Shown here: piece by piece, positions 52,355 to 61,054 of the stretch
How positions within the stretch are numbered: position 1 is the stretch's first letter
How the letters are laid out: each line of letters opens with the position of its first letter
Source of the DNA: Candidatus Angelobacter sp.
GTDB lineage: Bacteria > Acidobacteriota > Terriglobia > Terriglobales > Acidobacteriaceae
Reading direction: 5' to 3'
DNA: 64,000 nucleotides
Assembly: GCA_036496525.1 (NCBI GenBank)
Contig: DASXKZ010000011.1
Location: 27,207-91,206, forward strand
Notes under the pieces: model-generated
The model's database searches: none
What the model was told of the DNA's origin: nothing
What the model saw: the letters and a program-made list of their open reading frames with translations, nothing else
Position numbers and translations under genes: made by a program

Positions 52355-53329
52355 TTATTCGGCCCAACTCTCGCCCCATTCAGCTTTGCGGGCGCGCTTA
52401 TAAGCTTCTTTGCTGGAGCGCGTGATAGTGCGATTTTCGATTTTGCCTTCGGCTGTGCAGAGCGGAAGCTGAACATGGCCGCTATGCTTGCCGGGATGGC
52501 GGACGATGCGCGCCGCTGCCGATGGCAAATAGTCTTTGGCGGCAATGAGATAAGAAAATTTCTCGTCTTCATAACCCAGCGCGCCGCCTTTCAATTGCCG
52601 GTGTTGCGATGTACGTTCCACACGCTGGGAGAAATGGCACCAGTCTCCGGCGGCGGCCATGGGGCAGCTGAAATGATGCGGACATGGAGCAAGGATGGCA
52701 GATGCGTTGGCGATCAGAGACGATCTTGCCGCGTTGATGGTGGCAAAGCCACGGCGCGTTCCCGGCTCAATGAGTACAAGAAATTTGCCGGCGCACTTCC
52801 ACGCCTTGTTGAGCACGGCTTCCGCCGCGGCGTGCGACAGCTCGCCCAGCGTATAGGAGATCACTACCAGGTCATGCTTTTCACAAGAGAGGCCGGAGCG
52901 AAGGTCCTGCTTGAGCCATTGTGCCTGCTGGACGACAAGGGATTCACTTTGCTCAGCAAGATGTTTGCCAACGGCGATCCAACCGGCGTCGGCCTCAAGC
53001 AACGTGGCCTGTCGAAGATGCGGAAACTGTTCAGTGGCGGCAAACAGTGTTGTACCGGGCCCAGCGCCGAGATCGAGCAAGCTAGCAATTTCAGCTTGTG
53101 ATGCACGCAACTTGATTTCAGCAAACACGCGGCTGATAGCCGCATACGTCGCCGGCATCCGCACCGCGAGGTAAGCCGCGCGTTGCGCTTCCGTAGCAAC
53201 AGCAGGCGTAGAGAAGTCGGCGGCCTTATAGTGCTCGGTGAGCTGCGCTGTCGCTTGTGCCAGCTTGCGGCGGTCTACTTTTTCGGTCTCCCGCTGAATG
53301 GCATCCTGCAACTCGGCGGGAAGGCGCAT
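52355..53329 (-). CDS. Rsm22-like class I methyltransferase
   Basis: 324-aa ORF with LLDLGAGPGT SAM motif and Cys cluster CPHHFSCP...WCHF. Confidence 0.65.
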   Translation of the reverse strand: MRLPAELQDAIQRETEKVDRRKLAQATAQLTEHYKAADFSTPAVATEAQRAAYLAVRMPATYAAISRVFAEIKLRASQAEIASLLDLGAGPGTTLFAATEQFPHLRQATLLEADAGWIAVGKHLAEQSESLVVQQAQWLKQDLRSGLSCEKHDLVVISYTLGELSHAAAEAVLNKAWKCAGKFLVLIEPGTRRGFATINAARSSLIANASAILAPCPHHFSCPMAAAGDWCHFSQRVERTSQHRQLKGGALGYEDEKFSYLIAAKDYLPSAAARIVRHPGKHSGHVQLPLCTAEGKIENRTITRSSKEAYKRARKAEWGESWAE

Positions 53330-53344
53330 CGTTGGAGTGAGTCC

Positions 53345-53956
53345 TTAATCCTTGTATTTTACGGAGCAGCCGTAAGGACGCGTTGCCGCTTCCGTTATCG
53401 GCTTGCCGCCCATGGCTTGCTCAAGAGCCATAGAAACATAGTTCTTCGAATTCGGAATATCGCCCTGGTCCGATGTTGGGTGATCGTCAATTGCGCCGTT
53501 ATAGACCAGCATTCCATTAGGATCGATGACGAACATGTGCGGCGTTGTTTTGGCGGCGTAGAGATGCCCCAGAGATCCGCCGGGATCCATGAGCACCGCG
53601 GTAGGAGAGGCTTTCATCTGCTTCAAATAGTCATTTTCCTGCGACGGCGTGACGAAGCCCTGCGTTCCGGGAGCAGAAGAAATCACTGTGAGCCAGACTA
53701 CGCCTTTTTCTGTCCACTCTTTTTGCAGGCGCTGCATGTTGCCGCTCTCATAATGTTTTTTGGTGTAAGGGCAGCCCTGATTGTGCCATTCCAGCACCAC
53801 GAATTTGCCTTTGTAATCAGAGAGACGCTGCTGCTTGCCATTGCTGTCCACCGAGGTGAAGCCGGGAGCGGGATCACCCACCTTAACAGCAAAAGCCGAC
53901 GCGACCAGCGCCAGCAGTGCACACGCTTGCCATATGAAACCATAGCGATTTTTCAT
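53345..53956 (-). CDS. Secreted thioredoxin-fold (redoxin/AhpC-TSA-like) protein
   Basis: Start at ATG 53956 (SD ggaggcgcaATG), with signal peptide. Motifs GDPAPGFTSVDSNGKQQRLSDYKGKFVVLEWHNQGCPY. Confidence 0.7.
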   Translation of the reverse strand: MKNRYGFIWQACALLALVASAFAVKVGDPAPGFTSVDSNGKQQRLSDYKGKFVVLEWHNQGCPYTKKHYESGNMQRLQKEWTEKGVVWLTVISSAPGTQGFVTPSQENDYLKQMKASPTAVLMDPGGSLGHLYAAKTTPHMFVIDPNGMLVYNGAIDDHPTSDQGDIPNSKNYVSMALEQAMGGKPITEAATRPYGCSVKYKD

Positions 53957-53986
53957 TGCGCCTCCTCTATAAGCAGCCATTTGCAG

Positions 53987-54802
53987 CTATTGTATCGGCT
54001 GATGCGCAGGCGCTTCAATCCGGTAAGCCGGACTGCTGGGCATGACGAGTACGCCGCGCAACGTGGAAATAGTTTTGAGCAGCAGATCGGATTTCTTCAT
54101 GGTGATCCTTGCACCACTGGGCGTGGATTGAACCTTTTGCGGCGCAGGATTATCAATTTGTCCTGTATCCAGCGGGAAGAATTCTGCTTGTGTGATCGGC
54201 TTGCCTGCACGGATCGTCAGGACCAAATCGTCTTTTGCCAGCGTGAAACTTGCCTTCCAGCCGGATGGCAACGGTTTGGGGATGAGTTTATACGTCCTCT
54301 CAAAGAGCTGCGCGTGCTGCTGGTCTTCGCTGGCGGCCGATGAGGCAGGCAACGTCAGATGCAGGCTGGCTTGCTCGGGAATGCAGACCTCGCGGCAGAT
54401 GAGCCACTTGGCTTCCGCATCGAATTCAACTGATGCGCCGTTGTTGATTGCAGATGGTGTGTGAATGGTAAGCGGCAGCAAGACTTCGTCGCTATAGCCG
54501 TAATCGACCAGTTCCTTGCTTGGTTGCAAACGCTCAGGGCGTGGCCATTGGATTTCGTCTGCACCAAAGCCGGGAGGCAAATGCCAACTAAAGGAAGGCG
54601 GTTGGCCGGAGTCGCCGGGATTGGTCCAATAAACGTGCCAGCCTTTTTCCAGGATGAAGTGTACGCCCAGTTGCAGGTCAGAGCCTGGTTTTACTGATGT
54701 CTGCCGTGAAATCAATTCCACTGTGGCATGCTGCGTTGCAGCCTGGGAAAGAGTTGCGGCGGAGATGGTGAACACAATGAGTTGGCCGCAGAGACGTCGC
54801 AT
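53987..54802 (-). CDS. Secreted DsbD-N-terminal-like (DsbC/ScsB-type) thiol:disulfide interchange domain protein
   Basis: Start at ATG 54802, with signal peptide. Motifs GWHVYWTNPGDSGQPPSFSW and WLICREVCIP. Confidence 0.65.
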   Translation of the reverse strand: MRRLCGQLIVFTISAATLSQAATQHATVELISRQTSVKPGSDLQLGVHFILEKGWHVYWTNPGDSGQPPSFSWHLPPGFGADEIQWPRPERLQPSKELVDYGYSDEVLLPLTIHTPSAINNGASVEFDAEAKWLICREVCIPEQASLHLTLPASSAASEDQQHAQLFERTYKLIPKPLPSGWKASFTLAKDDLVLTIRAGKPITQAEFFPLDTGQIDNPAPQKVQSTPSGARITMKKSDLLLKTISTLRGVLVMPSSPAYRIEAPAHQPIQ

Positions 54803-54927
54803 ATTCGTGCTGACTGTCACGGAGATAGTTTACGCAATGAAAGCAGGCGACAAAAGCGCTTTTCACGGAGCATCAAAAAAGCGCCGGCTTTTGACCGGCG
54901 CTTTGTGAATCAAGTTTGAAGTTGAGT

Positions 54928-56550
54928 TTACGGCAGCACGTATTTCAAGCTGACATAACCCATCATCAAGTGAGCATTCTTGGGCGCTCCGGCTGCAACG
55001 AACCAGGGGGAACGCGTCACGTACGAGGTTTGCGTGACCAGTAAAACAGCGCCGTATTGCGGGTTCTTCCAGAAAGTTTGCGTCCAATCGAACGACGCTT
55101 CCTGAATAGAGCGGTTGGCCGAATTGGGTGAGTTGATGCCGCCGAAACCAATGGTCGGCTTGACAGCCAGAGGCGAGGTTACGTCCTGGAAAGCGTTGCG
55201 CTGATAGTAGAAACCGCCGTAATAGAAGCCGAACAGGCTCTTCTTGCCTGCTTGAAGCTCCGACCCAACGATAGTGGCGCCCGAGTGCACCATAGAGACA
55301 TCGACATCAAACGTACCGGGGCCGGTCGCTATCGGAACAACAACCGCCTGCGGTCCAAAACCGATCAGGTAGCGTCCGTTGCCGCTACCCCATAGGCCGT
55401 TGGCCACCACGCGGAAGCCTTTAGCCACTTCAAAGTTGAACGCGCCATGGAAGCTCCCGCCAATCGCCGAATGGTGAACGAAGGTGGTCCCGCCGACGGG
55501 TACATTCGTAATTTTGACGTTAGTAAGAAAACCGCCAGCCTCAAAGTGCATGTGCTTTCCGTTTACATCATTGTCCCAGGCAAATTTGGTATGGATGTCA
55601 GGGAAGGCATTCGGTGTAGTTGTCTGGTTAGCGGCGTCCAACTGCGGGCCCAGTTGTGCGTTGAAGGCGAACGGGAAAATAACTTCGCCGGCGCCAACAA
55701 ACTGGTCGGGATTCTGCATGGCAACGCCCCACTGGAAGGTGTCACTGAAATGGTAAACGGCGCGGAATTCAGCCGCACGGGTGTAAGGTAGACCCACGTG
55801 AGTCTGGGCGTCCTCACCGATGGGTGAAAAGACATCAGCTGGATTGGGAGATAGGCCGACGCGGTTAGGAGTTTGCAAGCCCCACGTCTGGCCACCCAAA
55901 AACTCCCACTTGCCACGCTTCAGATCAAGCCAATAGAGGCGCAGCCGGTTGGTGTGGGGGTTCGAGCTGACAAACACGTTTGCCGCATCGTTGCCATTGA
56001 AGTCGCCTTCAATGTAAGCCACTACGTTGTTCTCGCCGTACTTGCCTGCAACCTTCAGGTTATAGCGCGAATACTGGCCGGTGGAGCGAAATTCTGTGAG
56101 ATGTCCCTGTACGGTATTGCTGAACGGGATCGTGCCAAAGGCAGTTGTGGTGCTGCCTCCCGTGTTGGTGGTGCGGAACACGTTTTCAAAGTCCACGAAG
56201 CCGCCTGGCGTAAATTCCGTGCCGCCGATGCGGAATGACAAGGGCGACTCTTTCGGCTTTTCAGTTTCCTGAGTGACCGTGGCGCTTACCGGCACTGCTA
56301 CTGTGCGCATGGAGGCATCGGCCACGTGGGGTGTGCCAGACGTCTTATTTTCCAGTTGCTGTTCCAGAGTCTGGATCTGTTGTTGTTGCTGGGAAATTTG
56401 TTTTTGCTGCTGGCTGATAGCTTCGCGCAACGCTTTCAGCTCATCTGCAACTGACCCGGTCCCGGCAGAGCCGCTATTGGTTGCGGTTGCCTGGCCCACT
56501 GCCAGCCCAGAGGCCAGCACCACGAAACACATCTTCTCTAGCAATCTCAT
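54928..56550 (-). CDS. Putative outer-membrane beta-barrel porin with an N-terminal Q-rich coiled coil
   Basis: 540-aa ORF with signal peptide. ELKALREAISQQQKQISQQQQQIQTLEQQLE is followed by alternating beta-strand-like sequence rich in G/Y/F/N. Confidence 0.5.
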   Translation of the reverse strand: MRLLEKMCFVVLASGLAVGQATATNSGSAGTGSVADELKALREAISQQQKQISQQQQQIQTLEQQLENKTSGTPHVADASMRTVAVPVSATVTQETEKPKESPLSFRIGGTEFTPGGFVDFENVFRTTNTGGSTTTAFGTIPFSNTVQGHLTEFRSTGQYSRYNLKVAGKYGENNVVAYIEGDFNGNDAANVFVSSNPHTNRLRLYWLDLKRGKWEFLGGQTWGLQTPNRVGLSPNPADVFSPIGEDAQTHVGLPYTRAAEFRAVYHFSDTFQWGVAMQNPDQFVGAGEVIFPFAFNAQLGPQLDAANQTTTPNAFPDIHTKFAWDNDVNGKHMHFEAGGFLTNVKITNVPVGGTTFVHHSAIGGSFHGAFNFEVAKGFRVVANGLWGSGNGRYLIGFGPQAVVVPIATGPGTFDVDVSMVHSGATIVGSELQAGKKSLFGFYYGGFYYQRNAFQDVTSPLAVKPTIGFGGINSPNSANRSIQEASFDWTQTFWKNPQYGAVLLVTQTSYVTRSPWFVAAGAPKNAHLMMGYVSLKYVLP

Positions 56551-56624
56551 TGAGCTTATTCTCCTCTGCTTCTTCGTTGTTGTCGGCCCATCAAGGTGAT
56601 GATTACGGTCCCCTTGGTGTCTCT

Positions 56625-56640
56625 CGCAACTCAGGAACCA
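56625..56640 (-). promoter_or_regulatory. Candidate sigma54 -24/-12 promoter for the porin gene
   Basis: On the minus strand, TGGTTCCTGAGTTGCG has GG and TTGC at the canonical TGGCAC-N5-TTGC spacing. It lies about 75 nt upstream of ATG 56550. Confidence 0.45.
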
Positions 56641-56686
56641 AATTGTGGCTGAAACTCGCGTGTCAATTTCACACCATAATTGCCTA

Positions 56687-56750
56687 CTTGTACATACTTA
56701 TGTACAAGGAAATACAACACCTTTGGCATATGACCTTCCAAATTTGGAAG
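56687..56750. promoter_or_regulatory. Two palindromes upstream of the sigma54-like element (possible enhancer/operator sites)
   Basis: CTTGTACAT-ACTT-ATGTACAAG (56687-56708) and the perfect 16-bp palindrome CTTCCAAATTTGGAAG (56735-56750). Confidence 0.4.
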
Positions 56751-56807
56751 AAAAACGGAGGGCAAATCTTAAACTTAATAGATCAGTTGCTCCAGGCAGG
56801 AAAATGG

Positions 56808-56839
56808 CGGTTCGGACGAGCAGCAAAGGTTCCGAACCG
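56808..56839 (-). terminator. Possible terminator after the transglutaminase-like gene
   Basis: On the minus strand: cggttcgga-(14 nt)-tccgaaccg followed by ccattttcc. Confidence 0.4.
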
Positions 56840-56863
56840 CATACAAATTGCTCCAAAAGTGAT

Positions 56864-57850
56864 TTATCTTGCAGCGCGGGTCGCTCCCCCTCCGTCGGCA
56901 ACGTCGCTAAATGAGACTGCATTGGCCACGTTGGGCCAGGGCTCCCCACCCAGCTCGACATAAGGGAAAATCAAGTAATTGACTCGATCACCGTGTTGTG
57001 CAGGATTGAGTTGCAGGTCGCGTCCCACACTGAACTGCACGCGATTCACATCATGAGCGCCAAAAAAGTATTCTTTCTTCTCCTGGTGCTTCCAGGCTTC
57101 TGAAATGTCCACGGGGAACCAGCCGCGCTCGCGGGTATAAAACTCCGCCCAGCAGTGGTAACCGGCAATCTGTCCGGAGTTCTGGCCTTCCGGCAGTGAC
57201 AGTCCCATTTCAAAACGCGCGGGAATTTTCTGTGAACGCGCCATGGAGATAAAGACTGAATGGAAATCAGTGCAATTGCCATGCTTGGCGTCGCAAGCCC
57301 AGAGCGTATCGCCGCGACCCCAGCCAGTGCCGGTCTTGTCATATTTCATGGTCGAGAATGTGTAATCGTAAAACGCGCGCCCTTTGTCCAAATCAGACAT
57401 GCCCGGCCTGACCTGAGCTGCGGCGAGTTCGGCAGGCTTGCCTGTAATCGGCACCAGTTTGTCTGCCTGCAAAAAGCGTTGCAGGCTCTTTTCCGAAGCG
57501 GGCTGTTTGAGCGACACCGCGGCTAGATGCTCCAGACGCACCACATCATATTTAACGGTGAAGTGATACTCGGGCTGGGTGGCCTTGTCCGTGTGAGCAT
57601 AAAACATCTTATTGCCGTACTCAGGCTCAGTGGTCTCCTTGAGCGAGAGATCGCCGCTCTTGGAAAGCACTTTTACCTTCTGGAATTCGTCGGACTGGGC
57701 TACCGGAAACCATACGTCGAGCGGTTTGCCGGGATCGGTGATGCGAACGGTGAAAGAGTAATTCAATTCAAAGTGGCGCGACTTGCTCTGGGCAAAGGCG
57801 CAAAGACTGAACAACAGAAACAGCGAGACAGCAGAAATTCTGCGGAGCAT
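56864..57850 (-). CDS. Secreted transglutaminase-like cysteine protease-fold protein
   Basis: 328-aa ORF with signal peptide. Cys-His-Asp layout in HGNCTDFHSVF ... GYHCWAEFY ... WFPVDISEA. Confidence 0.8.
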   Translation of the reverse strand: MLRRISAVSLFLLFSLCAFAQSKSRHFELNYSFTVRITDPGKPLDVWFPVAQSDEFQKVKVLSKSGDLSLKETTEPEYGNKMFYAHTDKATQPEYHFTVKYDVVRLEHLAAVSLKQPASEKSLQRFLQADKLVPITGKPAELAAAQVRPGMSDLDKGRAFYDYTFSTMKYDKTGTGWGRGDTLWACDAKHGNCTDFHSVFISMARSQKIPARFEMGLSLPEGQNSGQIAGYHCWAEFYTRERGWFPVDISEAWKHQEKKEYFFGAHDVNRVQFSVGRDLQLNPAQHGDRVNYLIFPYVELGGEPWPNVANAVSFSDVADGGGATRAAR

Positions 57851-58007
57851 AAAGATTCTTCCTTTCGGCTTTATTCAGAGATGAGGGTAGAGAACGTCCG
57901 ACCGGAGGTTTAGTGGACGCGCCGTCAAGTAAAGCCATGGAAGAAGCGGAGCATTTCTGGAGAATTGTACTCCGCGAGAAGAGCCATGGCAAAGGGACTC
58001 TTTTTCT

Positions 58008-58165
58008 GAATTCCGAGCGAAGCGAGGAAGCCTATAGTGACGAAAAAGCTGAAGCCGCGAATGGACGCGAACAACACAAATCAAAATAGAGGGATCAGCG
58101 TTTCTTCGCTGAACCCGAAAGGGGCTTTTCACGATAGGGTTCCCTCGCCGCGCTTCGGGATAAAA
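58008..58165. mobile_element. MITE-like inverted-repeat element B3
   Basis: Arms gaattccgagcgaagcgaggaagcctatagtgac (58008-58041) and tcacgatagggttccctcgccgcgcttcgggataaaa (58129-58165). The core contains CGCGAAT-type words (ccgcgaatggacgcgaacaacac). Confidence 0.55.
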
Positions 58166-58167
58166 AA

Positions 58168-59655
58168 TCACTCCGCCTCCGCCACAAACTCACCAGTCTC
58201 AATCTTGCCTGCTCTCTTGATCTGCACAAAGATGCGATAGTCGCCCGGCTTGGGGAAACCATAAGGGAAGGAAATCTCTGCAGAAGGTGCGGCGTTATCC
58301 ATGCCTGCCATACCTGACTTGGCGCTGCCGCCTTCGGCCAGGTTTACCGCAGCCATGGACACAGAACCAGCGGGATGGATGTGAGCAAAAACATTGCCGT
58401 CTGTGCTAAGGAAAACTGCATGCGCAGCCATGCCCATGTAAGGCTCAAGATCGGAGGCGGGCTTGCCGTCTTTATCTTCCACGCGGAAGCGGAACCAGTA
58501 AGGCTGGCTGGCTTTGAGCTTCGTAATCGCGCGTCTTTCGCCGTTAGGGCCTGGAGGAATATCGCTTTCCCATACCATGTGATAACCGCCGGAAAGCTGC
58601 GCGACTTTATCGGACGGAGCCAGATCGAATGAACCGGAATCGTCGCCGCTCAACGCTTCGCCCGTAACAGCGGGCAAATTCACCGTGGCAACCTGCGTTT
58701 CAGGAAAGCCAGTATGATGGACAATGTCCGCATAAAGTTTGTACTGGCCTTCGGGCATGATGGGCAGGTTCACCGCAAAGTCACCGGGCTGGGTCTGGTC
58801 AGGATGCAGGTGCCAGAAAGCTTTCATATCCGGCATGCGCACAATAAAAAGATGCATGAGATGACCGTGGTCTGGGATGAGGTCATCCAGGCGGATGCGG
58901 TCCGGTTGCTCCGTGCGAAAGCGCGTTGGCTCAGCCTCATTGGGATTATCAAGATGCAGGCGCAGCAGGCTTCCTGACGTTAGCGACGGAGTCATGTTAG
59001 GAAGGCGATAGTTGAGGCGATCATTGGCGCTGGCTTCACTACCCCACCACTGATTGCCAAGAATGAACGCCGCCAGTACGATCGCAGCGGCAATCGCCAG
59101 GCCGATGCGTCCGCGGCGCATCTGCGCAGGAGCAGGGCGTTCACCGGCATTCAATTCTGCGTCACGCGTGGCCGCGAAGATGATGCCGATCAAGCCAGCC
59201 GCCAGCGCCAAACCCAAAAAGGCCAGCAAAATGCCCAGACCGGCGTGCATCGGCTGCGAACTGGTGGAGACGGCCGGGAGAGGCACGTCAAGCTGTGCGA
59301 CGCCTTTTTGTCCGGTGACCTGGATCTGCACCTTCCATGAACCGCGCACCATGATCCACAAACTGCCGGTAAAGAGTTGGGGATCGTCTGCCGACCTCTT
59401 GGCTGGATCAGGCAGTGGCGCCATCTTTGCACCAACGCCAATCATCCGCAGCGGCAGAATCTTTATCTCACTTACATCGCTCGACATACTGCGAATCTGC
59501 ACCTGCGCCACGCCCGGCACCACAGCAGGCGGACGCAACGTGACCAGCAGATGGTACGGCCCGGCATAGCCGTCAAAATAAACATCGGGGCTGTTCACGT
59601 GAGCAGTGCCCGCGAGGGGCAGCAGCAGGCATACGCATTGAAAAAATCGTTTCAT
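58168..59655 (-). CDS. Secreted/membrane-anchored hypothetical protein with His-rich repeated modules
   Basis: Start at ATG 59655 (MKRFFQCVCLLLPLAGTAHV). There are two central TM helices. Two similar modules are FWHLHPDQ...GQYKLYADIVH and FAHIHPAGS...GDYRIFVQI. Confidence 0.55.
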   Translation of the reverse strand: MKRFFQCVCLLLPLAGTAHVNSPDVYFDGYAGPYHLLVTLRPPAVVPGVAQVQIRSMSSDVSEIKILPLRMIGVGAKMAPLPDPAKRSADDPQLFTGSLWIMVRGSWKVQIQVTGQKGVAQLDVPLPAVSTSSQPMHAGLGILLAFLGLALAAGLIGIIFAATRDAELNAGERPAPAQMRRGRIGLAIAAAIVLAAFILGNQWWGSEASANDRLNYRLPNMTPSLTSGSLLRLHLDNPNEAEPTRFRTEQPDRIRLDDLIPDHGHLMHLFIVRMPDMKAFWHLHPDQTQPGDFAVNLPIMPEGQYKLYADIVHHTGFPETQVATVNLPAVTGEALSGDDSGSFDLAPSDKVAQLSGGYHMVWESDIPPGPNGERRAITKLKASQPYWFRFRVEDKDGKPASDLEPYMGMAAHAVFLSTDGNVFAHIHPAGSVSMAAVNLAEGGSAKSGMAGMDNAAPSAEISFPYGFPKPGDYRIFVQIKRAGKIETGEFVAEAE

Positions 59656-59671
59656 CAAAATGGTGCACTCC

Positions 59672-59789
59672 AAAATCGGGAAATCGAGACATCGGGACAT
59701 CGGTTCCGCTTCGGCGTTTTTGGCAATCCTGAGGTCCCCTAAATAAGTCCCGGATGGCCCGACGACCCGATCACCCGATTACCCGATCT
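59672..59789. repeat. Word-tandem inverted-repeat element E10
   Basis: aaaatcgggaaatcgagacatcgggacatcgg (59672-59703) faces cccgacgacccgatcacccgattacccgatct (59758-59789). The words are ATCGGGA / (G/C/T)ACCCGAT. Confidence 0.75.
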
Positions 59790-59792
59790 TGC

Positions 59793-60986
59793 TCACCGCC
59801 TCACTTTTTTAAGCCAGTTCCCCCAGTAAATCCCAATCCACATACTGGCTACGGAGAACAAAAATCCCATCCCCATGATTCGCCAGAACTCACCGGCAGT
59901 CCGCTCCCAGGGCACAAACACGTGGTTGACCGTGGGCGAGGTTGGCAGCGCGAAGTAAGGAAAATCGGTGGTCGAAAAGAACCGATTGCGCGCCAGGGAT
60001 GACATGAGGAACGTGGCAAAGGGCCATTCCACGGCTATCAGAATCGCCAGGAATGCTACGCCGCCAAAAACAGCGTACTGCCACTTGGGGGCGTCTTTGA
60101 ACAGCGGCAAAAGCAAATCCAGAAAGAATGCCGGGACAATCAGCAGAAGGGGAAACGGCAGAGGCACCATGTGAGTGATGTTCTGATACACCGGCCCAAG
60201 TTTGGGCTGCGCGGGGAAGAGCGGGAGCACCCACATGAGTATCAAGACAAAGGCCGAATAAATCGCCGTCATAATGGTGCGCGCCCAGCGATGTGCGGTG
60301 ACGCGCGCCAGCCCTTCCAGCAAAAGCAGCGTGCCGATCCCCATCACCATGTAGGAAATGGCGCTATGCAAGAGAACCCGGTTCGTGTATTCCAGCTTGA
60401 GCGTCATGGTTTGGATCACGATGAAGCCGCCCATCAACAACACGACTCGCTGCAGCCGGGTACGCTGCTCGCCATCGGCGCGGTTGAGGTAAGAAGCGCC
60501 CAGAATCGCGCCTCCCCACATGATCCCGGCAATTCCCAGCGCCAGCAGCATGTGCGGCGGGCTGATAATTTTTACGTCGAGCCCGTAGGCTTCATGCCAC
60601 CAGTTATCGAACGGCGCGGAAGTAAGCATGGCGCCGCCGCCCCAGGCCGCGATAAATGCTCCCAGCGGCGCGCGAAAGCCAAGCACGTTCACGGAGTTGC
60701 GACGGTCGTCTCTTACAAGGGCGTTGGTATCGCCGCCGAAAGTGGTGCGCATGATAACCCAGGCAGAGCCGAAAGCACCCATTACGGCGCCAAACTGGAT
60801 CAGCAGGTGGGCGGGCGTCCAGAAGCTGTCACGGCCAATAGTTTCATGCCATGAAATGTCCCAATAAAGCCCCGTGGAAATGCACATGGACGCAATCACG
60901 TTGGCCCAGACGAGCCACGGTATGGCCTCCACACGGGACGAGATGGTTGGCGTGCTTATGCTCGACGCAGCAGAAATGGTGCTCAT
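59793..60986 (-). CDS. Polytopic membrane protein (hypothetical, about 10 TM)
   Basis: 397-aa ORF, hydrophobic throughout, with conserved-looking W/H pairs (YWDISWHE, FDNWWHEAYG). No family recognised. Confidence 0.6.
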   Translation of the reverse strand: MSTISAASSISTPTISSRVEAIPWLVWANVIASMCISTGLYWDISWHETIGRDSFWTPAHLLIQFGAVMGAFGSAWVIMRTTFGGDTNALVRDDRRNSVNVLGFRAPLGAFIAAWGGGAMLTSAPFDNWWHEAYGLDVKIISPPHMLLALGIAGIMWGGAILGASYLNRADGEQRTRLQRVVLLMGGFIVIQTMTLKLEYTNRVLLHSAISYMVMGIGTLLLLEGLARVTAHRWARTIMTAIYSAFVLILMWVLPLFPAQPKLGPVYQNITHMVPLPFPLLLIVPAFFLDLLLPLFKDAPKWQYAVFGGVAFLAILIAVEWPFATFLMSSLARNRFFSTTDFPYFALPTSPTVNHVFVPWERTAGEFWRIMGMGFLFSVASMWIGIYWGNWLKKVRR

Positions 60987-61054
60987 ATACGCGCCTCTTC
61001 AGCGAAAATCATGCACTGGAAAGTGGTGGACTACAGGATACACTGAATGGCCAT

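Noticed and set aside
52175-54343. 308-aa and 386-aa plus-strand ORFs
   Set aside because: They are antisense to the Rsm22-like, thioredoxin-like and DsbD-N-like genes, which carry clear motifs. The plus-strand frames are Arg/Cys/Phe-rich with no motifs.
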